Source of the DNA: Eledone cirrhosa
Taxonomy: Eukaryota
DNA length: 64,000 nt
Reading direction: 5' to 3'
NCBI GenBank assembly: GCA_964016885.1
Contig: CAXHJY010000018.1
Location: 1 to 64,000 of the forward strand
Shown piece by piece: positions 28,706-42,670 of this stretch; the stretch's first letter is position 1, and each line of letters opens with the position of its first letter. The notes under the pieces were generated by a model. It worked only from the letters and a program-made list of their open reading frames with translations. It searched no databases and had not been told where the DNA came from. Made by a program: the position numbers and the translations under genes.

Positions 28706-31700
28706 AGTATTGAAGTTTCCGTTGAAAATTGAAAAAGTCATAGGAGTGAAGAGTGCTCTATGTAAGTACCAGAGCAAAATTTAATGTATAATAAACAATA
28801 CAATATAATTACCTCATTACCAGAGGTTTCCCGAATAAGACGAATACGAAAAACGTCCTCATTCGTTCGTCGGACAAGGCAATTTAAAACATACTGAAAT
28901 ATTTGAAAAGTCTCCTCAAGAAATGCGGGCAAAAAATATATAAATTAACGGCAAAAAATATATAAATTATAGTAATGCAAGAGATATATAAAAAAAATTG
29001 ACATTGTAGATTTCTACCCGTCTATCACTCAGACTCTTTTAGCGAAAGCCTTAATTTTCGCTAGAAAGTTTACCAATATTTCTGATATTGAAAGAATGTC
29101 ATCTTGCATGCGAGAAACACCCTACTCTTTACTGACAATGACACTTGGGTAAAAATATCTAACCCAGAGAACCTATTCGATGTCTCAATGGGTTCTTTTG
29201 ACACTGCTGATGTTTGTGATTTAGTCGGCATATTCCTCCTACACACACTTAAAGAAAAATTCCTTAACCATATTTTTGGGCTTTATCGCGACGATGGTCT
29301 AATACTTTCCCATACCACCATAGGCCATAACTTAGATAGATTAAGGAAACACTTAATAAAAACCTTCGCTAGTTTTAATCTTAAAATTACTATTGACACT
29401 AACCTTCCAATGTTAATTTTCTAGATATAAACCTAGATCTGCCTACTGCTTCTTATAAACCATACCATAAACCTAATGAAAATTTAAAATATATAAATAA
29501 AGGCTCTTGCCATCCTCCTATAGCTTTTTAAAAACCTTATCCCTAATATTAGCCGTAGGATCTCCACCCTCTCTTCCTCAGAAGCTATTTTCAATAAGGC
29601 ATCCCATACTATAATAAAGCCCTTCAAAATAGCGGATTTAGCGAACCGATTAAGTACATATCCAACAATACTAACTCTATTAAACATAATAATAGGAAAA
29701 GAAAAATAATCTGGTTCACACCCCTACTCTCTAGCAGTTAAAACTAATGTAGGCAAAAAATTCCTAGAGCTCTTAGATAAACATTTCCCTATAACACATA
29801 GATACTATAAGATCTTCAATAGAAACTGTGTCAAAATCAGCTACTCTTGCGGTCCCCCTATTTAATCTTATATCATCAATAAGAAATCACTCAGAGAACA
29901 TCAAAATTGCTCCTGTAGAGTCAATAGTGAATGCCCATTACAAGGTAAATGCAACACCAAAGCCATTGTATATGCGGCTAAAGTGACAACCATCAGCAAC
30001 AACCAACCAGCCACCAGCGAACGATATGTGGGTATGACACAAGACAAATTCAAAACGCGTTATTACTCAGATGTCGCATCTTTCCGACATCCAGAAAAAA
30101 GATTCACAACAGCTCTGGCTAGCAGAATATGGGATTTGAAAGACCAAGGTATCCAATATAAATTGGATTGGTCAATTTTGAACCAATCTAAAGAATATGC
30201 AACAGGAACAAGAAGATGCACACTCTGCATAAGTGAAAAATATTGGATTTTACAGAACCTTAAATCACCAAAAACCTGCCTAAATACAAAAAAAAGAAAT
30301 TTTCACCAGTTGCCCACACATGAAATCACACTTGCTTTCCAGCTCATATAAACTTAACTCACTTTCAGATACTTATCCTCCATAAACTCTTATTCTTCAC
30401 TTTCCTTAAATTATCCTCTTTACAGACTTCTCTTTCTGATTTACTTTCATTTTTAACTTTATTTTTCATTTTATTTTTATTTTTACTTCACATCCACCAG
30501 TAACCCCCCCCCCTACTTTTCGATTCACTTACTTAATATCTTCACATTCCACATTTTACTTCCCCATTTTCTTTCACTTTCCTGATAATACATGTCACTT
30601 GCGTTTTCCACTCCAGATATATTCTGTTGTTTCGCAGCCGATTTTATATTTGTACTCATTCATTAATACGGCTGGTTTATAATCTGTATCTATGCGTGTG
30701 AGAGTGCATATGTGTGTATACGTTCTGTATATGTATACGAACGCCTCCGTATGTGTGCGTGCGTACGTATATATATGTGTGTGTATGTGTGTTTTTATAT
30801 CTATGTTTTTTTATATCTATGTTTTTTACATACTTATTTATACGTGTGTGTGTATGCGGGTGAATGTATGTGTATGTGTATGTATATGTGTGTGTATGTA
30901 TATGTATATATGGGTGTGTATGTATATATGTATATATGTATATACATATATAGTCGCGTACGTACGTGTGATTAGATATACATGTGGCGATATATATATA
31001 CTTGCCTCGTGTGTATGTATGTATGCATGCATGCGCTTTTGTCTGTACGTATTTGTGTGTATAAATATTTTTTTATATATATGAGTGTATGTATGTGCGT
31101 ACCTATGTTTGTTTTCTTTTCTCTAGTGTTAATTGATTACTTTCTCTTTGATTTAAAAATGTTTTTCTTTCTCATATATTGTTTCATTTTTATACATATA
31201 TCGAGAATGACACTTCTTTTTATTATTACACTCCCTTCCCTCTTTATCTTCCGCATATAAGTGACCGCACGTGTGTGTGTGTTTATACGCGTGCTTTCAT
31301 ACTCGTATGTGTATTTAATACCTGTATCTGGATGCGTGTTAACTATATTATCTTACAATTTCCTTTTTCAACTCATATTATATACGTATTTGTGGTCACA
31401 TATACACAAATATACTTGCCCTCATATATGTACTTACGCACACATTTTCACCATACACATGCATTTGTACATACACACATATGTAGATTTGTGAGTGTAT
31501 ATACATACTTATACACATACCCTAATTATATTTCCTTATTTTATTTTTTTATATATCTCTTGCATTACTCTTATTTATATATTTTTTGCTCGTTAAACTC
31601 TTGCATTTCTTGAGGAGACTTTTCAAATATTTCAGTATGTTTTAAATTGCCTTGTCCGACGAACGAATGAGGACGTTTTTCGTATTCGTCTTATTCGGGA

Positions 31701-31743
31701 AACATCTGGTAATGAGGTAATTATATTGTATTGTTTATTATAC

Positions 31744-31747
<4 letters not shown>
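28706..31747 (+). mobile_element. PLE family D, degenerate RT plus GIY-YIG with inverted 5' copy of its 3' end (arms 28782-28998 and 31543-31747)
   Basis: DIVDFYPSI, FDVSMGSFD.ADVCDLVG, GLYRDDGL, YVGMT...FKTRY, CTLC.SEK; frameshifts and stops; both ends in (AT)n. Confidence 0.9.
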
Positions 31748-31801
<54 letters not shown>

Positions 31802-33159
31802 TATACAAGCAATACACACCTATCAATTTCATCCCTTCGGCATACACACAACCACACCCATGACACACCTGGACCCACCTAACACCCTTTTCCTAACTTC
31901 CTTTCCTAACCTCCGTAATTTACATTGTGTGCACGCTATAGAATTTCTGGCCACCCATTTCTGATATATGTTTATATATACATAAACACATGTCTAGATA
32001 GATAATTGATATAATGAAATGCAAAGATACATAAATATATTTACAGATAGATAGATAGAGAGATAGATAGATGGAGAGAGAGAGAGAGAGGGGAAACAAA
32101 TCAATAAAAAGATTGAAGGTTGTAAACAGTTTTAGTTATAGTAGTCTCTAAATCATACTAAACCCTTCTAATATTGAACACTGATGTGTAACACTGCAGA
32201 ATACAATTTGAAGAATTTAGTAGTTGTAGCATTTAGTGAGTGTAGCTAGCTGCTGAAATATTCTGCTAAACACTCGAAATAAAACTTAAGTGAATCTGCT
32301 TGAATAAACATTGAAATAAAATTTCTGCAGTACAAATATAATATAGCAAAAGTGACTTGATATTTTATTTCATGGATTTTCATACTGTCATTCCAGCCCA
32401 TTGAATTTGGCAGTAAATTTTTATTTGTAGGACAGGGTTTGTGTGAGCTGAACTCTACAATGTAAGTATTGATAAGTTCATCCAAATGCCATTTCTTTAA
32501 AAATCAAACACCAACTGAAATTCAGATAAGCTGAAATGATCATTGTATCTTTTCTGAATGATAGCATTGAATTTGGCAAGTTCTTGTAATGAAGGAAATT
32601 CATGTCACATAGCCAAATAATTTGTGTTTTGAGCAGAACACAGTTTCAGAAAGTAGTTAAAAAGTTCTTTCTTGAGAAATTTGAACAACATCATGATTGA
32701 TATGAAAACAATTAGGGTAAGAATGAAAGAAAATAGATTCTGGTGATAAATTTAAAAATATTTGTTCTTTTTGTTTTCATTACAGATTAAAAAGTAGAAT
32801 AAAAAGTAGACCCATCGTCTGATAACACTATCCTTGTATAGAAGATAGAAAAAATATCAATTTAGTGTAAGCACAATTGTTATAAACATTATCTTTGCAC
32901 ATATTCCAAGTTGGACACTATATTCTTAAGTAAACACTTAGTCAATACAATACATCTTACTCACTCTGTCTAGAGATGATTAATTTTTTAAACATGTCTG
33001 CAAGTAGGAAAAAGTTAACGCATCTTGGAAATTTCACTAACCACAACAATATCTTATAGATGGAAGAGAAGAACATGCCAGGTGCTAATATACTAAATGA
33101 ACATTTTAGTGGCAAGGAATAAAAGATTATTCAATTATATATATATATATATATATATA

Positions 33160-33337
33160 ACTTTTCAAATACAAGTCGATGTTGTACGGTATGTCAAATC
33201 TATTTATCTATAAAACTGTTTATATTGTATTTTGTCTGAGGAAGGCATAGCATATTGTTAATATGATATCCCTGAAATATATATAATGAAATAAATATGG
33301 TTTTATAAATATAGTTTCCATTTATTTATTTAATATC

Positions 33338-33340
<3 letters not shown>
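33160..33340 (+). mobile_element. Short hammerhead-bearing PLE 3'-end fragment between (AT)n tracts
   Basis: Same family as 49341-49759, same 3' endpoint. Confidence 0.75.
33228..33293 (+). ncRNA. Type I hammerhead ribozyme motif
   Basis: TATTTTGT-CTGAGGA-AGG...CATATT GTT AATATG...CCT-GAAA-TATATA-TA-ATGAAATA. Confidence 0.78.
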
Positions 33341-33426
<86 letters not shown>

Positions 33427-33428
<2 letters not shown>

Positions 33429-34028
33429 GGAGGTGAGTTTTATTGTAGCACAATAAAGCAATGCAAATATATAATAAATTCCTTTTCGCACATCTTATTA
33501 AACCCTTCAATATATAAACCTTAAATAAATAGTATTCTTAATTCCTTTTTCTTTAATCATAAGCATCACCATTCATAAACCTCATTAACTTTTAATTTCT
33601 TAATTTTTTAAATTATGTATTATCTTACAATGTTTTTTTAAATTTTTCTGTGAGACAGTGTTTGTCAGTATTAAAGGTTATCTCTCACTCATTTTCTCCT
33701 CCTCTCTCATACTTCCTTCTTATACTCCTCCTCCGTCATCCTTTCCTTATTATTATATTTTTTTCTTCTATCTATATTCTTTCTTCCTCTTACTTACCCT
33801 TTCCTTCCCCCCTTCCTTTCCTTTTTTCCAATCTCATATATCCATTTTATTTTATTTTTCATATGTTGATTTAACACTTCACTGCTCGCAAGTGTTTTTT
33901 AAGCTTCATATCATGTCTCCCTATTTTATCTGATGAGAACGCAAATATCATCCCATGATGATATTTGTTTTTGAAATGCACATAATAAAATACATGGAAC
34001 TCTTTTAACCATCTTTTGATTTTATATT
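33427..34028 (+). mobile_element. Pyrimidine-rich hammerhead-bearing fragment (probable PLE pLTR) between (AT)n tracts
   Basis: Hammerhead about 35 nt from the 3' (AT)n junction; flanks resemble the 19619-19681 motif. Confidence 0.55.
33922..33992 (+). ncRNA. Type I hammerhead ribozyme motif
   Basis: TATTTTAT-CTGATGA-GAAC GCAAATATCATC CCAT GATGATATTTGT TTTT-GAAA-TGCACA-TA-ATAAAATA: 8-bp stem I, 12-bp stem II hairpin. Confidence 0.82.
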
Positions 34029-34040
34029 ATATATATATAT

Positions 34041-34852
34041 ATATTGTTATACTTTGGGAGGTTCATGTTGCCAATAAGAAACACACGCACCTGTTGCTTT
34101 CACTCCAATTTATTATAAATTCAAAATTTTTTTTTTTAAATTAAAAAAAAAAAATTTATAAATTTCTGGTTAGTTGGTTGGCTCCACAACCGGACGGTTA
34201 TTCATATATTGTCAAAGTTCTTTCGTCACACATTCTGTGACCTCTTCAGTGACTGGGGATTCTTTTCTTTGTTTTGTGCCTCTCCTTTGTTCTGTCCTAC
34301 GCCATCTTGTTTTTGTGCGTGTTGTGTGCTTAGTTTGCACATATGTTACATCCGGGTGTCTGTGTGTGTTTTTATTTGTTTATTAAGTGAATGTTACTGG
34401 TTGGTTGTTTGTTCTATGTGTTTTCATTTTGTCCTTAATTGTAAGTTGTGATGTTGGTATTCCATTCGTGTTTTCTATTTAATTTTGGTTGGAGTTCATC
34501 TATGTTTATTGCCTCTGTGATTTGTCTAAACATTGCGTCTTTTACGTGTGTAGATTTTATTTTTATTTCTATGTTCTCTAATTTGCCCTTATGTTCTATT
34601 TTAGCATGTTGGTGGAGTACAGATGATTCTTTTCTATCTTGAAGCTCTCGCCAGTGTTCATTTAACCGTTCTCCTATACTACGAGCTGTCTCACCTATGT
34701 ACACTATATTCTTATCTCTACATTGTCCTTCAATTGGAGTGAAAGCAACTGGTGCATGTGTTTCTTATTGGCAACATGACCCTCCCAAAGTATAACAATA
34801 TCGGTTTCAACACACGTTTTCAGATAAAGAATCTTGCTAAACAAATTCAGTC
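34041..34852 (-). mobile_element. Older PLE family B copy (GIY-YIG C-terminus plus pLTR on minus, short inverted end 34732-34852); hammerhead motif at 34211-34254 (-)
   Basis: YIGETARSIGERLNEHW...; inverted arm encodes [25 protein letters not shown]; flanked by (AT)n. Confidence 0.9.
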
Positions 34853-34892
34853 ATATATTTATATATATATATACGTTAAACGAAGATGATGA

Positions 34893-34976
<84 letters not shown>

Positions 34977-34978
<2 letters not shown>

Positions 34979-35203
34979 GTAGAACACTGGGGGGGGGGGG
35001 GGGGTTATATCCGTAGTAGTAGAGCACTCAGTACATGGGACGAGTTTGGTAGAAGTAGTTCCACAACAGTTAGTTCACCATTACTGAGAACAATTGTTTC
35101 ACCTTATTCGGATCATCAGCTTGGTTTAAACTGAGCTGATGATCCGAATAAGGTGAAACAATTGTTCTCGTAATGGTGAACTAACTGTTGTGAAACTACT
35201 TCT
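34977..35203. mobile_element. Tiny palindromic insertion of two divergent hammerhead motifs (35086-35121 minus, 35133-35169 plus)
   Basis: Arms 35051-35121 and 35134-35203; GAG-CTGATGA-TCCGAATAAGGT-GAAA-CAATTG-TT-CTC with palindromic ACAATTGT. Confidence 0.78.
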
Positions 35204-35499
35204 CTCTCTCTCTCTATATATATATATATGTAGTGACATATGGTGTATTTTGGGCATTTGGGAGTTTGCCGAACTCTCTTATTCATCATTATGCTTGTGT
35301 AACAGAACTGTATGTATAGATCCATAACTCTTGGTGGAGTCATAGGGGCATCATCATGTCAAAGTCTTTGGTACTTTAAATCTGATGGAGCTCATCCCCT
35401 TTCCAGGTCTAAACACAGCTGATATCTTCCAGAGAACAAGAAAATGAGAGAGAAAAAGTAATAAAGATATACAGAGGAAGAATCAAACCCAGTATATGT

Positions 35500-35632
35500 C
35501 TGGTGTGATTTTATTGACCTCAAAAGGATGAAAAGCAAAGCTAGTCCCAGTGGGATTTAAACTCAGATTGTTGGAACAAACACAGCAATGCTTTCCATTC
35601 ATCATTCCAAAGACTCTACCAATTTGCCACCT
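35500..35632 (-). mobile_element. Degenerate tRNA-derived SINE
   Basis: Similar to 25827-26006 (ttttattgacc...aaggatgaaaagcaaag...gggatttaaactcag). Confidence 0.6.
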
Positions 35633-36129
35633 CCTCTAATTATAGGACTATTCTATCACAGCTGATTTGGGCTAAACCACAATATATCTACATTTTACAG
35701 CAAATAGTGGAACTATTCCAGTGTTAGGTTATTTTCTCTTTTAATTTTTAGTTTAAGGAGATGTAATATCTAGAACTTTTGTGAGCACTTCAAGAATGGT
35801 ACGAGGAACCCCTTGTTGACATTTACTTTTGAAACTGCCCACTGACAATGTTTCTATAACCTTATAGCCCCCCCCCCCCAAAAAAAAATATTTGAAATCA
35901 AATCTTAAGACGGAAAAAGTAAGTTGCTATAATTTGCATACATACCTATAAAATTGTAAAACTATAAATTTATTAAAATTTTCAGTAGAAATGCATTCCC
36001 ATTTTTATTAACTTGTAATTCATTCTTGATACTAAAGGTGTTTTCTAACCAAAATTAAAAAAGTGTGACTTTTAGTCATGAAAATGGCAGAGTTATGGCT
36101 AGATGCTTTAATATATCTGCATTAATAGG

Positions 36130-36345
36130 ACTGTGGATTGACAGAATTGGTTGACTGTCAGATAAAATGCCATTGCAGTATTTGTTCTGATTCGTGATAT
36201 TCTAAGTTCTAATCCTGCCAATGTCAACTTTGCTTTGGGTCGATAAAACAAAGTATCAATTAAGTACTGGGATTGATTTCTAAACCCATGCTAGCGTGGA
36301 TGATAGATGTTAAACGATGATGATGATGATGATGATGATGATGTC
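36130..36345 (+). mobile_element. Degenerate SINE plus (GAT)n LINE-type tail
   Basis: aagttctaatcctgccaatgtcaactttgc...gataaaacaaagtatc; acccatgctagcgtgga...gatgatgat. Confidence 0.5.
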
Positions 36346-37299
36346 CGTGTCCTAAAATTTACTGGCCTTGCGCCTAAATTATAAATCAATATATCTATAT
36401 TTCTTCTTTAAAATCTGGAGTTAATATCTTTACATATATTTGCTCTTTAGAGTTATTTTGTTTGACATTTCTCTATATATTAACTGTTAACCCTCTAACT
36501 TCAAATTAAATTAACTTATAATTTCAAATGCTATCGCATTAAAGATCTGCTAGATATTTTTTCTGTTTTCTATTTTCAATGGAAGTATATTATTAGAACA
36601 TTTATAATCAATTGTAGATAATGATTTACAATGTCTAGTAAGTTTGATCCGTATCAATAGTTATATATGTACTGAGTTGGTAGATCTGTGCCAAACTAAT
36701 GGAAAATTCAATGATTAATTACATTATTAGTCTTGGCATTTATGTTTTTATTTAGACAATATTTCAATTCGTATGTTTTCCTGTCAAGTGTCATAATATT
36801 TTCCATTTATAAATTTTCCTTCAACCAAGTCTGAAACTGTGTTTCTTTATTACAAAGTTAGGAAATAAAACCTAGCATGAACAAAAGTGTGTGTGTGTGT
36901 GTGTATGTGTGTGTGTATGTGTGTGTGTATGTGTGTATGTGTGTGTATATGGATGTGTGTATGTATGTGTGTTAATTTGGTTTTATTAATTTCTCAGAGA
37001 GAGGAGAGAGAAAGAAGAGAGAGGACAGAGAGAGAGGAGAGAGAGAGGAGAGGAGATAGAGGAGAGATAGAGAGAGAGAGGAGAGACAGAGAAAGAGCTG
37101 GTTTCTAATAAAACAAGAAGACTCTTTCAACGGAATTTAGACATCAAATAGGTAATTATGAATATATGTCTCTGTATGTGTTTGTGTGTGTGTGCAGGTT
37201 TGGATATCATTTCATGTATGGCTCTGTTTTGAGTTATATGTGGACATATACATATATTTCTAGGTAATTCCCTAATGCCATGATAAATTACACCCAATA

Positions 37300-37457
37300 C
37301 AGTGAAATTCCGTTATAATGAAATTCACGGGGTATAAAAAAAATTTGTTGTAATGAAAAATTCTTTATAATGAGATTGACATAACACATCGAATGTGTGG
37401 CAGGGCATTGAAAAATATTTCGTTATAATTGTATTTGTTATAACGGAATTTTACCTG
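37300..37457. mobile_element. Tc1/pogo (Tigger-like) MITE
   Basis: TA|CAGTGAAATTCCGTTATAA...TTATAACGGAATTTTACCTG|TA: terminal inverted repeats with TA TSD. Confidence 0.75.
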
Positions 37458-38454
37458 TACATCCTGTGAAGTTTGGTGCAATAGAAAAGACATTCAGCTG
37501 TAAAAACCATATCAAAACTGGAATGTATGTAAACACGATATGATTCTATATATACACAAACACATACACATGTGTGTGTGCCTTTGTAGTGATGTTTGTT
37601 TATGCACACATAAAGGATACATTTTGCAGCTTTGTTATAGGGCTGGTCAGGGGTATATACCATACTTTAAACTGTGTTAGTCACAAGAAAGGCATCTATC
37701 TGGCTAAAGAAAATCTACCTCATAAAAGTTTCATATGACCCACCTTAGCATGTAAAAGTGAACCTAAAAATGAGGACGAAGATAATACAGAGGAAGGAAA
37801 CAGCATAAGAGTATGACTAAGAAAAAACTGGCCAGAAGTAGAAAGAGTTGATCTCAGAATACTGAACCTCATAGAGGAGATGACAAAGGACAAAAAAATG
37901 CAACAAGTGGAGGAAAGATGCACTGGAGAAGACTTGTCCACAATATCGAAATATAGATGTAAAAATGATGGTGGATGGTAATGGTGATATATATATAAAT
38001 GTATATATATATATATATGGGTGTGTAAAAACACTGGTCATGATCAGCAAACACACTAATGAAAAGTCAAAATGTAGTATGACTATAAGTATATAGTTGA
38101 GGCTAGTAATCTGCTCAGTTTCATTCATTTTATAATAAATATATCATTTGAGTAGAAATGTAATTAAATGGAGACTGACATATTTTACTGGCTTACAATG
38201 TCAAGACTTGATTTTGAACAAAACAAAACTACTAAATATCAAACCAGCAATGCTATGAAGCAGTATTTCTTGTAATTTTCAGTGAAAGACTATTATAAAT
38301 ATACTCAGTATTGCTTTTTCATTATTTTTGTCAGGAAATACATACTTTCATTTTTTATATCAAATGTTTGTTTTGTTGTTTGTGAAGTGAAAGATGCAAA
38401 GAATATATTAAGAGTGTTGAGATGTTTGAGCTCGTAAGCAGCTCCGATACTTAC

Positions 38455-38589
38455 ATTAACATTTCTTTTTGAAGTTGAATTTGGTTTCCAGTTGTATTTA
38501 TTAAAGATCCATTCGTAATTCTCAGGAGCACCATCTGTTACTAACATGATTGCTTTGTTACAACAAGTTTCATTGTTGACTTTGTTTTG
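38455..38589 (-). CDS. CACNA2D: Voltage-gated calcium channel alpha2/delta subunit, VWA-domain exon (QNKVNNETCCNKAIMLVTDGAPENYEWIFNKYNWKPNSTSKRNVN)
   Basis: ttttcag acceptor and gtaagt donor, 135 nt, phase 0/0; CNKAIMLVTDG...IFNKYNW matches alpha2delta. Confidence 0.9.
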
Positions 38590-41297
38590 CTGAAAATGAA
38601 ATGGTACATTAGTTCATAAATTATATTTAGGAAAATAGAATAAGGAAAAGTATGTATAAGTTGTAATAGAGAAAGAAGTTGGAATGAATACTGGGAAAAG
38701 AGAAGACTGACAATAGATTGAAGAGAAATAATGAGGTGAATAAAGTAATATCTAGAAGAAAAAATAGAATAAAATTATTGAAACTGAACATATAGTCATA
38801 TTGGCAATCATCACATAATTACAAGCTTTATGTTTGATCAAAACTTCATACAAGGATGTCTATACATTCACAAAACGTTATTAAAGATATTTGCTCTTGC
38901 TTTGTAAAAGCATATATATATAGATGGATACGTATGCTATGAATATAAAAATGTAGATATAGTAAAACTGTATCTGAAAATAAATACTAACAAGAAAACA
39001 CTTCTCTCACACATTTTTATTGTGTCTGCCTTTCTGTATTGATTGGGTTGAATATCCAGACATCTACACACACAGGTTATACACACACACAGAGGAACTC
39101 AAACACACACACAAAGAGGAACACACACACACACACGTGTGTGTTACAATGGCCGAGTAGATAAAATGATGGCATCTCCTTCATCTTTTCCCCATCTCCT
39201 ATCATCTACTTTTTCTATCATTATCATGTTATTGTTGCAATCTATTATCTCTGCTATCATTATTACTCTCTTTTCTTGTAAGATCTATGATAGTTATCTA
39301 GCATCACCATGTTCTTTTTTCTTCTGTCATCATTGTCTTCTTCGCTCATTCTTCTCCTTCTAGGTGAAGTGACCTACTGAAAATATGCAATCAAACTTGC
39401 CAGTGAGGTCAGCTTCGTACAGCTTGTGAATGAAGGTCAGGAATAGAGGTGCTGATAGGCTAAACTTACAAGATCTAGTTCATAACAATTTTTGCTGTGA
39501 CATTCTGCTTGTGATTGTTGTACTTTTTGCAGATGCATTTTTCATTTCTATTGGTCTTTGGTATAGTAGTTTGTAAGCATGTATCCCATAATAGGCACTG
39601 AACTATGTCCACAAATGTGGTAAATACTTCAAAATATAAAATAATTGAGCACTATCAGTCTCTTTCTGATGGGTTTGTCATTGAACCTAAAGTAGTGGAA
39701 ACTTCTAGCATCCTTGGTTCCTGTACCATCTCCCTACTCCTATTAAGATGGAGTTGGCCACCTACAGGAGTGAGTCCCATGAGTCCAAATGGCTATTTCA
39801 ATGTGTCTCCCTCACCATCCTCTGGGGTAATGTTTTCTCTATTCTACCTGCAGTGACCATGGGGTGCCATGTACCTGGGATACATTTGAGATCATTCTCC
39901 CACATTGTCCAGGCATATAATTTTACATCTATACACACTGGTATATAAATATTTTAGAAAATAAAAATATAAAAGACAAGCAATGGGTAAAGTTCCTGTA
40001 AAAATACAGGTGAGTGCAAAGGATCAACTACAATGAAAGCTCTAGAATTTGTTATAGTTTGAAGACATTTGAAATCTGATTCATGCTGGTTATGCAAACA
40101 TATTTTGTGAATAAATAACAGTGGCACTGTTTCACAGTTAAAGAATAATCTACAAACAATTGTAAGTATAAGCTGGATGCCTTTTTCTATCGCTAATCAT
40201 ATAAAAAAGAAATAGGAATGGAACCTAGCCAAACCTAGTCAGGAAGAATTGTGTTTCTTGCTCAGAGTACAATACAACGGTTGTAGTAAAGTTTGAAATT
40301 AAGACAATGTAGTTAGTTGCCCAGAATTTTCACCTCATAGTCATTATATCTCTTCACCATAAAATAGCAATTTAACAATGAATACTACTGGAAGTATAAA
40401 TATACATTAAAGAAGAGAATAATAATATGGCTATAAATGCTAGGTATTGCTTCTACATGATAATTACAATAGAAGAAAGTCAAATATAATGTGAAATAAA
40501 TTAAGTAATTTGTATTGAAAAGTGTCTAGACTAAAAGATGGCAAGTTGTTTTTCCTACTACTTATCGCCAACTAAATAAAGAGAGGATTAAATGATTGAA
40601 GTAGGTGGAATTCTGTTGGTTTTATTCATTCCTTTTGATTTAACCTATTTCTGTTATACAATATGGTGAATTGACAGTGATATTCACAATTTATGTCTGT
40701 TTTACCACGTTTGCATAGTTTGGACAGAGCTTTTTGGGACAGTGTTTTGTGACAAGATACTCTTCCTGGTGCCAACCCTTTTAGTCTCTTCTTATGACAT
40801 ACAGAGAAACAGGTATTTATTCTAAAAACTGGGATACAAACAAAACACAGGTAATAACTAAAGTCTTGAGATTGTATAACATTTTGAGATTTAATCTTTA
40901 GACAATGTAACAGTCATTTAACTCTTTAGATTAAAGCTAAGCATTTGTCTTTTGCATTATGCATATATATCTTGGAAAATTATTTTACCCTTATTTTCAA
41001 TGAGACCAAACATTGCACACATTTTTGGTTGGAATAAACGAGATGAAAGGCAGTTCCACATTCATTGAATAAGTTCATAGAATAAAGGACAAAACTGTGA
41101 AAAATATTTGGTGCAAATGATAAAAGAGAGATGTAATATGGTAAGGAACTGATAGATAGGCACCGACAGAGTTTCTTTAAGTAGAGGACATAACCAGCAA
41201 CTTCAGAACTTATTGTTAAACAAAGTAAACAGTTTTCTAAATTTAGTCTAATACAACTGTATATTCTCAATTTGAACCACATTTATTACATCTATAG

Positions 41298-41619
41298 CAG
41301 GGTTTCTCAACCTGAGTGATATCCCATACTTATGAGCGATTTCAACTGTTAGGTGGGTGATGAGCAACTGAACAGAAAATGTTGGGCAATTGGAAATTTT
41401 GGTGGATGATATAAGATTTTGAGTATTAAGAAGGTTTCAACATATGCTACCTGAAATAAATATTTAAAGGATATATGCAAAGAACCTGTATAAAAAAAAC
41501 AACAGGGGACTAAATAGGAATAACAAAACAGTAACAAATTTTTACCAAACATTTTTGGGCAGTGGAAAACTTTTCTATGTGAAAGTGGGCAACGATGCAA
41601 AAAAGCTTGGGAACCCTTG
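41298..41619. mobile_element. hAT (Charlie-like) MITE
   Basis: Imperfect TIRs CAGGGTTTCTCAACCT / AGCTTGGGAACCCTTG; perfect 8-bp TSD ATCTATAG. Confidence 0.8.
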
Positions 41620-42559
41620 ATCTATAGGAACAAAACAATAATCAATTGTTATCCTTCCTCACCCAATGCTACATTCTAAGATAAAAAATATCATATAGCT
41701 AAAATTGTTTAGTTGTGTGAGTGTGTGTCTGTGAAACATATACACCAGGTCTGAACACAAAAAAACTAAACTCCCACTGTTACTGCCTTTGTCTCCCCTG
41801 CTCTCTCCATCTCCCATGGGTGCCCATGTGCTGGCTGCTCTGTGGCTCCCAGTGAACAGAATAGGCATTTTCCCAGAGACATGCTAGATGAGCCATTCCA
41901 GCTCGCAACTGTAATCTTTTTCTATTACAATTTAGTATTTCTTCCTTAATTATACTCAAGAATCCACCTCCCCCTCATAATCACCATCGCCGTCATCATC
42001 ATCATTATTATCATCAACATTATATATTTTTTTTCCATGCTTGAATGGGTTGAATAGGTCTTTTCCAGCATATCATCTTGTCACTTGTGGTTGTCTTTGC
42101 TGAATCTCAAAAATGTTGCAACAAAAGACAACCACAATGGCAAGATGATGTGCAGAAAAATACCTGTTCAACACTGAAAATGATCTCAGAATGGTGAACC
42201 TCACAAAGGCGGTGACAATTCTGAGATCAGTTTCACCACATATTTTTATATTTTTCTTAGTCTTCCTCTTTTTCTGGTTCCTTGCACTTGGACTACTTGG
42301 CACTTCTTTACCTGTCACCCAGCCTTCACACATACAACACATATCTGTATGGGCTCAGTCGTTTCTCTTGCACACTATATCCAGCTTTTCTCTCAGCTTA
42401 TGTGTGCTCCACTCTTAATGCACATTAATATTATACATCCCGTGGCACATACTTGCATCATTTCTTTTCAGCCTTCACACATCCTTTTCATTTAACACCC
42501 ATGTTTTGCTTCCATACAACACCACATTATGCACATAAGGATTATATAATATATCCTTT

Positions 42560-42670
<111 letters not shown>

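Noticed and set aside
32965-32997. 33-nt candidate micro-exon on the minus strand (ttgcag...gtgagt)
   Set aside because: Open only in phase 1 whereas the preceding exon ends in phase 0; no alpha2delta similarity.
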